Shown: positions 1 to 10,148, numbered from the stretch's first letter. The stretch is 64,000 nucleotides of DNA from Candidatus Bathyarchaeota archaeon (GCA_043826455.1 JBDRQD010000006.1:1-64000), one strand, 5' to 3'. The notes: generated by a model not told the origin, from the sequence alone. Made by a program: numbers and translations.

Positions 1-185
1 TTTCCCAGCCACTAGGAACAAACCCCTAGAACCCCAAGGAACCCTAGCCCATCCACAAGCCACAATGGCTCACTGCTCATCCCCCTCACATCGCCTTAGA
101 CCTCAACGGATGTCTTACTCAGCACACGCATAAGCTGACGCTCTGATTAGTAACCTTATTTTTAGACGCCGAGGGGTGGTATCCT

Positions 186-743
186 ATGAACGTAACCCAG
201 ATAATACTCGTCATAGTCGTCATCCTCATCACCGCGACCGGAACTATAATCTGGAGAACAAGCCAAGAAACCACAACCCCCCTCAGAACCCTCAACCCCC
301 AATCCAGCGGACCCAAAACGCTAGTAGTCTACTCACCCGGCCTATCAGACTTCCACCAGAAGACAGCCGAAGCCTTCGCCAACGCCCTAACCACCGACTG
401 GAGCGTAGACATCGTCACCGCCAGCAGCCAGGCCCCCACCGACCTCACAGGCTACACCCTGCTGGTCATCGGCGGACCCGTATACGGCGGCCAACCATCC
501 AAACCCGTGCAGACCTACATGGCGAGACTGGGAGACCTGAAGGGCCTACGCGTCTACACGCTGCTCACCTCGGCGGGCGAGAACCCCCAAGCGGAGACGA
601 CCATGTCGTCCTGGGTGACCACCCACGGAGGCGTCGAGGCAGGCACCCTCGTCTTACACACACAGACCCCGAACACGCCCATCGACGGAGCCACCGAGCC
701 GACCCAGATCGCGGCCAAGGCCGCCCAGAGCCTAACAAAATAG
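186..743 (+). CDS. Flavodoxin-like protein with N-terminal membrane anchor
   Basis: N-terminal hydrophobic helix; KTLVVYSPG..., LLVIGGPVYGG flavodoxin-fold motifs. Confidence 0.75.
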   Translation: MNVTQIILVIVVILITATGTIIWRTSQETTTPLRTLNPQSSGPKTLVVYSPGLSDFHQKTAEAFANALTTDWSVDIVTASSQAPTDLTGYTLLVIGGPVYGGQPSKPVQTYMARLGDLKGLRVYTLLTSAGENPQAETTMSSWVTTHGGVEAGTLVLHTQTPNTPIDGATEPTQIAAKAAQSLTK

Positions 744-752
744 GTCCAGACC

Positions 753-1286
753 ATGCCAGACTCGATCCCCTGGGAGAACCCCGCCACCATCCCCCCCTAC
801 ACCCCCACGGTCCTCACCCTCACAAGAATCCTCCTCACTCCGATACTCCTGACCCTACTCAGGGCGGCCAGCCCCCTCGCACCCACCATATACCTGGCCG
901 CGTGCGCCACCGACCTCCTCGACGGCAAGGCGGCCAGGCGCCTCGGCTCCTCATCCGCCGAAGGCGCGGTCCTCGACGCCTCAGCCGACTTCCTCCTCAT
1001 AGCCACCGGCTTCACACACTACGTGCTCCTCGGAATAGCATCACCGCTCCTACTAACCTTGATGACGCTATCGTTCCTCCAGTACATCCACACAATAAGT
1101 CTCCCGGTCAGAGACGTCCTCGGGAAGCACGTGGGCACCGTCCTCTACACCCTACTCGGCGCATTGATCCTGGCACCCTCAACCCAGGTCGGTGCCGCGG
1201 TGAACGTGATCGGCGGTGCCTACGTGGCGGCGGCTCTGATCCATAGGTTCCAACGCATACAAGATTATTACAAACCCGGATCTTGA
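753..1286 (+). CDS. CDP-alcohol phosphatidyltransferase family protein
   Basis: Signature DxxDGxxARxxxxxSxxGxxLDxxxD (DLLDGKAARRLGSSSAEGAVLDASAD); hydrophobic. Confidence 0.85.
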   Translation: MPDSIPWENPATIPPYTPTVLTLTRILLTPILLTLLRAASPLAPTIYLAACATDLLDGKAARRLGSSSAEGAVLDASADFLLIATGFTHYVLLGIASPLLLTLMTLSFLQYIHTISLPVRDVLGKHVGTVLYTLLGALILAPSTQVGAAVNVIGGAYVAAALIHRFQRIQDYYKPGS

Positions 1287-1448
1287 GGGCAACCAACGAA
1301 TGTGAGACGCAAGCCTTTTTTTTAGCTATCTTGTCTGGCTCTTTTCTGGGATTACCTTGGTCTTCCTATACTGAAAACAGGATCGTAGGTTTATGGATCG
1401 ATCCGAAACCTCTAATAAGTTACACACACATACCCACACGGGGCATAC

Positions 1449-1682
1449 ATGGGCACAAAAAACATCTCCATCTCAGAAGAGGCCTACGAGAGACTCTCGG
1501 CGCTTAAAAAGCCGAACGAGAGCTTCACGGAGGTCATAAACAGGCTCACAGAGAGGAGGTCCATACTAGAATTGGCGGGCGTCCTCACTGAGCGGGAGGG
1601 AAGGGAGCTAAATGAAACCCTGTCAACGCTCCGCGGAAGAAGCTCCGAAAGGATCACATCAACCATGAAGAGGGTCGAGTGA
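1449..1682 (+). CDS. vapB: Antitoxin, VapB-like (archaeal RHH/DUF217 type)
   Basis: KNISISEEAYERL..K..ESFTEVI pattern; GTGA overlap with downstream PIN gene. Confidence 0.85.
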   Translation: MGTKNISISEEAYERLSALKKPNESFTEVINRLTERRSILELAGVLTEREGRELNETLSTLRGRSSERITSTMKRVE

Positions 1683-2077
1683 AGATGCTCGCCGACACAT
1701 CCTTCATCATAGACCTGATGCTGGGCGATGAAGCCGCCCTGCAGAAGGCCCGCGAGATCGAGGCGGGAAACAAGCCGCTCATGGTCTCCGCTCCCACAGT
1801 ATTTGAGCTGTACGTGGGATTATCTCTGAGCAGAAAACCGGAAGAGGAAAAGAGGAAAATATTGGAGGTCCTACGTTCTCTTCCCTTCCTGCCCCTCGAC
1901 TACGAGTCATCACAGGCAGGAGGGCTGATCTATGGCGATAAGCAGAGGTCTGGGTCACGGGTAGACCCAGAGGACGCCATGGTCGCCGGGATCGCCAAAG
2001 TAAACGGCAAGAAGCTCCTGACGCGGAACCTGAAACACTTCCAGGGCATCGAGGGAGTCCTCGTGGAACCTTACTGA
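1679..2077 (+). CDS. vapC: VapC PIN-domain ribonuclease toxin
   Basis: ADTSFIID, E, DAMVAG, LLTRNLKHF PIN motifs; 132 aa. Confidence 0.92.
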   Translation: MKMLADTSFIIDLMLGDEAALQKAREIEAGNKPLMVSAPTVFELYVGLSLSRKPEEEKRKILEVLRSLPFLPLDYESSQAGGLIYGDKQRSGSRVDPEDAMVAGIAKVNGKKLLTRNLKHFQGIEGVLVEPY

Positions 2078-2358
2078 CCCCAGGCGACGGCGCGCATCGA
2101 GGCGGGGAGATCATCAACCATTGCGCTCAGCCCATCCCCTAGCGTCGCCCACCGTGGACCCAAGCGAGAAACAACACCTCTACGCCTTATCCGAGTCACG
2201 TCGAACAAGCGATAACCCACGGACACCGACGCCCACCGCCACCGCCAAACAACCCCTAAAAAGCCTCTGAACCGGAAAAAAAGCCTGAAAACCGGGAACC
2301 GCGGTGGCGGTGATGGGACCCCCCCTCCCCCCCCCCCACGTGCACACACACAGAGAAG

Positions 2359-2514
2359 CTACTGCTTCTCCTTCTCAGACTCCTCAAAATCATACAGCAA
2401 CGGATAAATATCATAATGCTGCCGGATCAACTTCAACGTAAACCGCCCAAACCAGTAGAAAATCCCCAACGAAAACAGGATAATAATAACACTAACCACA
2501 TCAACGGTATCCAT
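2359..2514 (-). CDS. Small single-pass membrane protein (51 aa, below the ORF-track cutoff)
   Basis: Manual translation MDTVDVVSVIIILFSLGIFYWFGRFTLKLIRQHYDIYPLLYDFEESEKEKQ*; co-oriented just downstream of rimI. Confidence 0.55.
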   Translation of the reverse strand: MDTVDVVSVIIILFSLGIFYWFGRFTLKLIRQHYDIYPLLYDFEESEKEKQ

Positions 2515-2549
2515 CAACAACCAAAACACACGCAGCTAAATAACCCTAC

Positions 2550-3044
2550 CTAAAACCCCGCCAAACTCACAGCCATAACCCACGCATCCTCACCATCCAT
2601 ATAATAACCATAGTTCCTCTTCACCTTCCGAAACCCCAAAACATCATACAACCCAATAGCAGCCACATTACTCACCCGCACCTCCAAGTACCCCTCACCC
2701 ACACCATACACATCCCGCCCCCGCCTCATAGCCTCCACCACCAACGCCCGCCCCAGCCCCCGCCTACGATACCCCTCCATCACCGCCACACTCACCACAT
2801 GACACAGCCGAGCAGGCGTCAACAACCCCAGCTTAGACCACCCCTTCTCCACCCTACACATAATATAGCCCTGAGCCTCACCGTCCGCCTCAGCCACCAG
2901 AAACGTCTCAGGGTACTTCTGGTAAAGATCACGGTAGAAGAAGCTACTATAGTTCTCAGGCAGACAAGCAGTGTTGATGTGCATAACCCGCGGCAGCTCA
3001 TCAGTCCTGAAGACCCTGACAGAGTACTGGTCGCCAGCCAACAC
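2550..3044 (-). CDS. rimI: N-terminal acetyltransferase, RimI/Ard1-like GNAT
   Basis: LPENY, YRRRGLG acetyl-CoA motif, LEVRVSN, YYMDGEDA. Confidence 0.9.
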   Translation of the reverse strand: MLAGDQYSVRVFRTDELPRVMHINTACLPENYSSFFYRDLYQKYPETFLVAEADGEAQGYIMCRVEKGWSKLGLLTPARLCHVVSVAVMEGYRRRGLGRALVVEAMRRGRDVYGVGEGYLEVRVSNVAAIGLYDVLGFRKVKRNYGYYMDGEDAWVMAVSLAGF

Positions 3045-3136
3045 GAATCCGATAATGGATTATTTCGGGAGATTTAAATAAATCGAATCCCCCGGGACGG
3101 ACACAGTTTTATCGCCCCCACACCAACAATATCCAG

Positions 3137-4270
3137 ATGGAGGACACGAGCCAGGCACAGGCCCCAGAGATGGACCCACGATACGTGGACGCCGTGCACC
3201 GCCACTTCAAGGTAGAGGACACATACTGGGAGAGAACCACCCCCACCTTCATAGTCAAAGGAAAAGCGGAGGGCTACAGGCGGCACCTGATAAAAGACGC
3301 CTTCAAGGCCCTAGCCGAGGAGCTGAAACCCCTAGGCTACCTACCCAGGATCAGGTGGATAGTAGATAACTACCAAATCTCCGTACTCAGCAGAGAGACG
3401 AGCCCGGGCGCCAACAACCGCCGGAACCTCGCCCTCTTCGCAGCCACCCTGGCCACCGTCTTCCTAGACGGCTACCTCAGAAGCAACAACCCCGTCCTAA
3501 CCCAGGCCCTCATGAGCGACACACCCGTCCTCCTCAACGCCGCCCTCTTCACCTTCGCCATAATAACCATCTTCGGCGTCCACGAGCTGGGCCACAAAGC
3601 CATGTCCCAGCTAAGAGGAGTAGAGGCCAGCATGCCCTACTTCATACCCGCCCCCCCAGGCATGGGGGGCACCCTCGGCGCAGTCATAACCCAGCGAGAG
3701 CCCCCCGTCAACAGGGACGCCCTCTTCGACCTAGGCATGAGCGGCCCGGTGGCAGGCTTCACAGTCTCCGCCCTCATGGGCTACCTGGGCCTCAGACTCA
3801 GCTACGTGGTACCCCTAAACCAGATAAGCCAATGGATGATGAGCTACCCCGAGATACGCTTCCAGCAGATGCCCATGCCCATCATCCTCGAGCTAATGGC
3901 GGACCTGGTGAGGCCCACCCCCGAAGGCATGGTCCTGGTGATGCACCCGGTGGCCTTCGCCGCCTGGGTAGGCTGCGTCCTCACCTTCATAAACCTCATC
4001 CCCGCCTGGCAGCTGGACGGAGGCCACATAGTCAGATCCCTGGTGGGCAGGGAGAGCCACAAGATCATAAGCGTCGCCGGTGTGCTCCTCCTCGTAATAT
4101 CAGGCTACTTCATAATGGGCGTCGTCGTAGCCTTCTTCCTCATGAGGGAGGGCGCCGAGTCCATGGAGCCCCTGGACGACGTATCATCCCTCAGCCTATC
4201 CAGGAAGCTGGGGTTCACCCTCTACTTCCTGCTCATGGCCCTGACTCTCGTGGCCCTGATCCCCATCTAA
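3137..4270 (+). CDS. Site-2 protease (M50 family)
   Basis: HELGH and NLIPAWQLDGG motifs; multiple TM segments. Confidence 0.92.
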   Translation: MEDTSQAQAPEMDPRYVDAVHRHFKVEDTYWERTTPTFIVKGKAEGYRRHLIKDAFKALAEELKPLGYLPRIRWIVDNYQISVLSRETSPGANNRRNLALFAATLATVFLDGYLRSNNPVLTQALMSDTPVLLNAALFTFAIITIFGVHELGHKAMSQLRGVEASMPYFIPAPPGMGGTLGAVITQREPPVNRDALFDLGMSGPVAGFTVSALMGYLGLRLSYVVPLNQISQWMMSYPEIRFQQMPMPIILELMADLVRPTPEGMVLVMHPVAFAAWVGCVLTFINLIPAWQLDGGHIVRSLVGRESHKIISVAGVLLLVISGYFIMGVVVAFFLMREGAESMEPLDDVSSLSLSRKLGFTLYFLLMALTLVALIPI

Positions 4271-4326
4271 GCACCTGGAAACAGGCAGCAGTACGAGCCA
4301 CAATGGGATGTGCGCCGTGAAAACGG

Positions 4327-5571
4327 TCACACGTTCACCTTGAATGTCGAGCCAAACGGCAACACATAGGTGCTCCTGCCCCTTCTGCCGGCCACAGCCA
4401 TCTCGTAGGCCTGGCTCGTGGTCCTCACAGACTCGAAGCCCAAGGGCTCAACCAGGTAGCTGGGCAGAGCCGAGACCAGGATCACCCTCTGGGTGCGCGT
4501 CACCCTCTTAAACATCTGGAGAGCCTCCGCCCCACACATGTACCGCCTCTCAAACTCGGCGGCCTCCGTCACCCTCGCCAGCCTGGTGAACGCCTCCGCA
4601 CCGAGCCCCTCACCGCACTCGGCCAACAGAATCACCGTGCCATTACGCTTGGTAACCCTGCTGGCGCCCTCCAGCGCCCACGAGGCCTTGTAGAGGTTAA
4701 AGTCGAACCTGTCACCCCCGGCGCTCACCACGGTCACATCCGACAACGTATCCGCCTTCTCCTCGTAGCCTCCGCCCAGGGCCGTGATGGCCTTGCCCCA
4801 GGTCTCCTCGAAGCCCCCCGCGTACACCCCCACGGGCTCGCCCCCCGGGCTCACCGCCACGTTGACCGCGAAGTCAACCCCCGCCAGCTTCACTGCCTCA
4901 ACCACGTCCTCCTTGACAGGGTTAAGCTCGATGACGCCCGGCGCGGCCCCGCCCTTGAAGTAGTTCCTCCGGTTCTCCACGAGGGTTTGATGCGAGCAAA
5001 CACCCGGCACCAACGCGTTATGCGCGCCGCTGAAACCATAAAGGTGGTCTACCCGCGTCTCCCCCACGGCGATCTTTATGGTGGCCTCAGCATACGCCCT
5101 GTTCACATTCACAGGGGTGCCCCTGTGGGTGGCCCCAGCCTCCACCAGCCCACCCGTGGACCTAACATGGTCAACTACTTGAACCTGAGACAGCGTGGAG
5201 GCTCTACCTATCTCCCCCTGGAGTCTGCTGCCGCCGTTCTCCCTCTCGCAGTCACCCAGGATTACCGTGATCCTGTCCCGGGGCACTATCTGCTCAACGA
5301 GCTGCTTCACAAGGTGCGACAAGACCTGGACAGCGTGGCCCGGGCTCATGGAGCCGTCCACCGTTATGGCCACCCTGCAGTCAGGCTTCACCAGCTCGTC
5401 GAGGGACGCGGCGCCGATTGGGGCGTCGATCGCGATGAGAATGTCATCCTGTAGCTGTATGTGCTCCTCTCCATCAGGTGGTCCAAGTATCTTGAGGAGG
5501 TTATCCAAGTTCACCGAGACGTACACCTCCGTCTCGCCGTAGGGTAGCCAGCAGTCAGTCATGGTGCTCAA
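4327..5571 (-). CDS. Lactate racemase LarA-like (DUF2088) protein, divergent
   Basis: LPYG N-terminus, G.T.RGTPV.VN, GFSG..ALVPG, D.NLY, GTVILLAEC.EG.G. Confidence 0.8.
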   Translation of the reverse strand: MSTMTDCWLPYGETEVYVSVNLDNLLKILGPPDGEEHIQLQDDILIAIDAPIGAASLDELVKPDCRVAITVDGSMSPGHAVQVLSHLVKQLVEQIVPRDRITVILGDCERENGGSRLQGEIGRASTLSQVQVVDHVRSTGGLVEAGATHRGTPVNVNRAYAEATIKIAVGETRVDHLYGFSGAHNALVPGVCSHQTLVENRRNYFKGGAAPGVIELNPVKEDVVEAVKLAGVDFAVNVAVSPGGEPVGVYAGGFEETWGKAITALGGGYEEKADTLSDVTVVSAGGDRFDFNLYKASWALEGASRVTKRNGTVILLAECGEGLGAEAFTRLARVTEAAEFERRYMCGAEALQMFKRVTRTQRVILVSALPSYLVEPLGFESVRTTSQAYEMAVAGRRGRSTYVLPFGSTFKVNV

Positions 5572-5745
5572 CCTAGGAAATAGTCGTTAAATGAGAAAGG
5601 GTTTTCGCCTCATATGGGCGAATCGCGGTGCCGCGCCCGTCATGGTCTGTTGGTGGGGCTCGACAGACTGGACAGGTACTCCCTGATCCTTCGGAGCCTC
5701 AGGCTCTCAGCCTGAAGTCTGCTGCGCCAAGTCTCAGCGGCCTCG

Positions 5746-7053
5746 TCATCCCCCTGAGCCTCGGCCTGGTTTGAGGGTGTCAACCCGAGCCCTCGCCATG
5801 TTCATCTCCTCCAGGGCCCGCCTGATGTCCTCGTTAGATACGTTCTGGAGAGCCTCCTTGATGCCGTCGCTGACATCCACCAGCTCGTTGAGGTCCAGCT
5901 TGCCTTCATCTAACTTCCTCTGGAGCTGCGCCAGCTTGTCCTCGGTGAGGGCCAACGCGTTCGTCACTCTCGTCCTCTCCGCTGTAGGGATGGTGGCCTG
6001 GTAAGCTGACAGGGACTCCCTCAGGTTCGTGACCCTGCTCTGGATGCTCTCCCTGTACCTGGAGGCCAGGACCACCTTCACGCGGTTAATCTCCGCGTTC
6101 ACCAGGGCCTGAGCGTCCTTCAACCTCTGCGCAGCCTGCCTCATGACCGCATCGAAGCCCCTCTGGTCCCTGTCTCTGTACTGGTGTTCAGCGTCTCCAA
6201 GAAGGGACTCTATCTCCTCCAATGTATCCTCGAGGGACAAGGTGTCCCAGCCCCTCTCTCGCAGGGACTTTACTGATAGGCTCAGCTTCTTGAAGTACTC
6301 CCATGCCCTCATCAGGGTCTGGTTCATCGCCGCCGTCGGCGGCTCAGCGACGGGGGGCCTCTCCGGCTGGTCGATGGCCTGGAAGGAGCCCCGAAGAATG
6401 CCCTGTGCTTCCTTCACCTTCGCCCACGACTCCTCCAGCCTCCCCGAGTCCAGCAGCCTCTGAGCCTCTTCTAGGGCCTGCTCGGCCTTCTGAGCGCCCT
6501 CAACGACCCGGGGTGGAACCGTGTACCCCCTGGACTCGAGTTCAGCCACGTATGCCCTCAGCCCTCTAAGCGTGCTCCATGTGGACTGGAGCAGCTGAGC
6601 AGCCACCTGGTTCCTGTCGCTGCTTGACACGGTGACCATCAGTGACTCCTTTAGGGTGCCGTCCGTATCCACTGTGACGCGGTACACGTCCGAGCCCATG
6701 GACTGAGACAGGACGACGTTAAGCTTGTAGTGGCCGTCCCCCGGCACCTTGAACAAGTACACGTAGGTATCGTTGTTGGTCCCCTTGAGGCAGACCGTGA
6801 TGTTTAACCCGGGCTCCGAGTTGCCCTCCACGGTGAAGAAGCCGCCCGGAGCCACGTAGACGTGCCTCGCGGATGTGCTCACTGACAAGGCTGGGGACGC
6901 GTTCACGGCCAACGGCGCTACAACTACCAGAGCCAGCATGAGCAGCAGCGGCAGGGTCCAGCGATGTGGGCGCATCCTCGCATAGCTCTCCCCCGCCGCC
7001 TTATTAGAGGAACCTGTAGGAACAAGATGGAATAACCGTTTCACTCTGCTCAC
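5746..7053 (-). CDS. Secreted or membrane protein with Ig-like N-domain and long helical/coiled-coil region; C-terminus possibly frameshifted
   Basis: Signal-like hydrophobic segment, beta-rich domain, then heptad-rich helices; true start probably downstream of 7053. Confidence 0.65.
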   Translation of the reverse strand: MSRVKRLFHLVPTGSSNKAAGESYARMRPHRWTLPLLLMLALVVVAPLAVNASPALSVSTSARHVYVAPGGFFTVEGNSEPGLNITVCLKGTNNDTYVYLFKVPGDGHYKLNVVLSQSMGSDVYRVTVDTDGTLKESLMVTVSSSDRNQVAAQLLQSTWSTLRGLRAYVAELESRGYTVPPRVVEGAQKAEQALEEAQRLLDSGRLEESWAKVKEAQGILRGSFQAIDQPERPPVAEPPTAAMNQTLMRAWEYFKKLSLSVKSLRERGWDTLSLEDTLEEIESLLGDAEHQYRDRDQRGFDAVMRQAAQRLKDAQALVNAEINRVKVVLASRYRESIQSRVTNLRESLSAYQATIPTAERTRVTNALALTEDKLAQLQRKLDEGKLDLNELVDVSDGIKEALQNVSNEDIRRALEEMNMARARVDTLKPGRGSGG

Positions 7054-8318
7054 CTCCGGTACCTCCTGCTTACGCTGACCAGGCTCTGGCCCCCCACCTT
7101 CCGCTCCTCGATGATCTCCAGACCCACGAGGCGCCTTATCATCCTCCAGGCGCTCGTCCTCGGCAACTCGAACTTCTCTTTTATCTCGTTGGCGAACACC
7201 TCTCCACCGGCCTCGGCTATGAACTTCAAGGCTTCCCGGTCCTCGAACCGCAGCCCTGGGTTGTCCTGAAACACGGCGTCCAAGTCTATAATAAAGTGCT
7301 CACGCTGGGGCGCAGCCTTTACGGCTCCACGTCTACTGACCATATACAGCCCGGAGGCTATCACGACGAGGGCCACGGCCGCCAACATCGTCAGTCCGGC
7401 GTCGAAGGGCTTGGTGGCGCGTTCAGCCGCGGCCTTGCTGAGCCCGGCATAGTCCTTAGCCATAGAGTAGCCCCCGGCCTCGTATACGCTGGTGGCCTGG
7501 CTTAGGTAAGTCACCGCTGCGTCAATCCCCTCCGTCCGGCCCTCAGAGAGGGCCTGAGACACCGCTGTGTCGGCCATATTGATGAGAGCCAAGGCTTCAG
7601 AGGCCTCCTGTCTTGTTTCATCGGCAGCATCAACGGCGTCACCCGACCTGATTATGGCGCCGGCGTAATCCGCGGCGTTGAAAAGGGCGTACGCCTCAGC
7701 GAGCAGAATTCTCGCCTCCGTCAGCTCCACCCCCGTTTCCTCAATCTGACTAAGGTATGCTTCGGCCTCATCAAGGGCGTCGCTCGCCTTCGCCACGGCG
7801 TCGAGGGCGCCGGTCAGATACGATATGGACACCTGGCCCGGGGGCATCAGGACATGTGGCCTGCCCTGCTCCACACCGATCTCGATGGGTAACTCGCTGA
7901 GGCTTATTATGGCGGCGCTCTGCGGAAGCCTGATCCTCGAAGCTATGGGCGTTGACACGTTGAAGGTCCACACGGACCCGGTCTTGCTCGTCAAAGCCAA
8001 CGTATAGTAAAGCACGTCTGCATAGGTACTTCCGATCGAGTCGATGGTTACCCCCGTGGGGTTAACCGCGGCTTCCAAGGGTAACCCGTCCTGGTTGAGG
8101 ACCACAAGGCTGTCGTAGGGTGGTCCCGGTAACCCCACGTCCACTTGAACTAGGAACGAGTCCAGCTCCATTCCGTACTTCACCTCGGCGACGCCATCAC
8201 TGTACACCATGTACTCGACGGTCTTGAGCGTGTAGTCGGAAGCTGAAACTAGCGGGACCACCGAGAACAACAACGCCGTCATGATCAGTGCGCCTGGGGC
8301 TCTCATGGTGTTCAACAC
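7050..8318 (-). CDS. Membrane-anchored winged-helix regulator (COG2512-like)
   Basis: Signal peptide, extracellular domain, TM helix, C-terminal wHTH (GGEVFANEIKEKFELPRTSAWRMIRRL). Confidence 0.75.
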   Translation of the reverse strand: MLNTMRAPGALIMTALLFSVVPLVSASDYTLKTVEYMVYSDGVAEVKYGMELDSFLVQVDVGLPGPPYDSLVVLNQDGLPLEAAVNPTGVTIDSIGSTYADVLYYTLALTSKTGSVWTFNVSTPIASRIRLPQSAAIISLSELPIEIGVEQGRPHVLMPPGQVSISYLTGALDAVAKASDALDEAEAYLSQIEETGVELTEARILLAEAYALFNAADYAGAIIRSGDAVDAADETRQEASEALALINMADTAVSQALSEGRTEGIDAAVTYLSQATSVYEAGGYSMAKDYAGLSKAAAERATKPFDAGLTMLAAVALVVIASGLYMVSRRGAVKAAPQREHFIIDLDAVFQDNPGLRFEDREALKFIAEAGGEVFANEIKEKFELPRTSAWRMIRRLVGLEIIEERKVGGQSLVSVSRRYRR

Positions 8319-8401
8319 GTAGCTGTTTCCAATAGATACTGCTTCAGAGGTAATCTGTTTTACGTATAAGAGATATTAAGGGTGGCTCCCCTTCATGGAC
8401 A

Positions 8402-8983
8402 GTGAACGTATTGACTGAGAAAAAAGTTGTCTACTTCGACGAGATCAAGGAAGCTAACACCGAACTCACTCTGAGAGCAGCCAAGAAGAGGGCTGACGAG
8501 CTGGGGATCAAGGACATAATAGTCGCAACTACGAGGGGCGGGACCGCTTTGAAGGCCCTGGACCACTTCAAGGGCGGCTATAACGTGATCTTGGTCACCC
8601 ACTCAGCCGGCTTCAAGGAGCCGGGTAAGATAGAGATGAGTGACGAGACCAGGAAGGAGATCGTTGCTAAAGGGGGCAGGGTGCTCACCACGCTGCACGC
8701 CTTCGCCGGCGTAGACAGAGCCATCAACAGGAAGTTCAACACCCTCGGCTCGTCTGAGCTCGTGGCCCACGTACTGAGGCTGTTCGGGCAGGGCATGAAG
8801 GTGTGCGTAGAGACCGTGTACATGGCAGCGGACTCCGGGATGCTCACCATGGACCGCGACGTGGTGTCCATCGCGGGCACAGGCAAGGGGTGCGACACGG
8901 CTGTCGTGGTGAAGCCCGCCCACCTGAGCGACATGTTTGACCTCTACGTTAAGGAGATAATCTGCAAGCCCACAACCAGATGA
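8402..8983 (+). CDS. Pyruvate kinase alpha/beta-domain family protein (MTH1675/COG1751-like)
   Basis: NTE.TL, IIVATT.G, VTH..GF, LFGQGMKVCVE...MAADSG. Confidence 0.85.
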   Translation: MNVLTEKKVVYFDEIKEANTELTLRAAKKRADELGIKDIIVATTRGGTALKALDHFKGGYNVILVTHSAGFKEPGKIEMSDETRKEIVAKGGRVLTTLHAFAGVDRAINRKFNTLGSSELVAHVLRLFGQGMKVCVETVYMAADSGMLTMDRDVVSIAGTGKGCDTAVVVKPAHLSDMFDLYVKEIICKPTTR

Positions 8984-8987
8984 TGGG

Positions 8988-9536
8988 TTAGGAGAAGACG
9001 CTGAACCTCTCTTTCTTCGCCTTACATATGGGGCACCGCTCAGGGGGCTCACCCTCCACGGTGTAGCCGCAAACCTGGCATACGCCCACGGGTCCCAGCT
9101 CCAGGTCCTTCTCGTTCTTCACAGCGTCCAAGGCTCTCTCGTAGAAAGCTGCATGGGTCTTCTCAGTCTCCCAGGCGAACCTTAAGCTGATCTCCGCCGC
9201 GTACTCCTTCTGGGCCTTGGCGACCTCCATGAAGGCGGGGTACATCTCCTCCACCTCGTAGTGCTCGCCGTCTATGCCGTTCTGGAGGTCCTCCTCGACG
9301 GTTCGGCTGCCGAAGAAGGCGCCCGACGCGGTGGCGGCGTCGCCCTTGTGTTGGATGTTCTTGTAGTGATTACCAGCGTGGATGAGTTCCGCGTGGGCTA
9401 CAGCCCTGAACAGGCGGGATACGTTAGGGAAGCCCTTCTGCTTGGCTCTCTCAGCGTATATCAGGTACCTCGTGTGGGCCTGGCTCTCACCAGCGAAGGC
9501 GCTGATGAGGTTCTTCTCTGTCATCGCTCTAACCAT
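8988..9536 (-). CDS. rbr: Rubrerythrin
   Basis: AFAGESQA, E..HA diiron motifs, C-terminal CQVCGY...CPIC rubredoxin. Confidence 0.95.
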   Translation of the reverse strand: MVRAMTEKNLISAFAGESQAHTRYLIYAERAKQKGFPNVSRLFRAVAHAELIHAGNHYKNIQHKGDAATASGAFFGSRTVEEDLQNGIDGEHYEVEEMYPAFMEVAKAQKEYAAEISLRFAWETEKTHAAFYERALDAVKNEKDLELGPVGVCQVCGYTVEGEPPERCPICKAKKERFSVFS

Positions 9537-10148
9537 GACACCACTGTATGACGTGAGTCGCGGTTTTTAGACCTTGTTCATCTATATGCGAGAGGTTCTC
9601 GATTAACCGTATTTTTGGTGCTCCGGAACTGAGGACGAGGCGAAGCCTCACAGAAGCAAAAACACGGAGCAAAAGATGGAATTTTTTTTCCGCCTTATCC
9701 CGGCTGGCACGGGATAAACCACCCAGCGAACGATACGCGCACCACGCCAGCACCGGAGCCCAGCGAGGGGGGGAGGGGGGTAGCGCAGGTGAACCGAAAA
9801 CGGACGCCCCAGGCCAAAAGGAGACCGGGAAACACGCCTTCACGATCCCATTCTATACAAAAACGCCGTCCATTCCACGCAGAAACACGGTCTATTCAGC
9901 ACATCAGACACGCTGCCCCAGACTGCTAATGTGTAAAAAAGGTAGGGGGGTATCGATTTTAGGAGGAAAAAACCTCCTATAATATGGGTCCAGGGCCCCC
10001 AGCACCGAGAAGTATATGACCGTGGCACGGGGCTAAGAAGAAAACCTCCTCAAAGAGGCACCAACAACAGATTACAGATTTACGATGCAGGACGACCCTA
10101 AATCAGGTGACCCTTCATGGTCCGCTCCTTGTTAGAGTCATATCCCAG

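Noticed and set aside
1..50. Origin recognition box (GTTCCtAGTGG resembles ORB)
   Set aside because: It lacks the GGAAAC half and the correctly placed G-string, and no cdc6/orc1 gene is in view.
5585..5745. Possible ncRNA or tRNA-like sequence
   Set aside because: No tRNA cloverleaf; better explained as the frameshifted 3' end of the upstream CDS.
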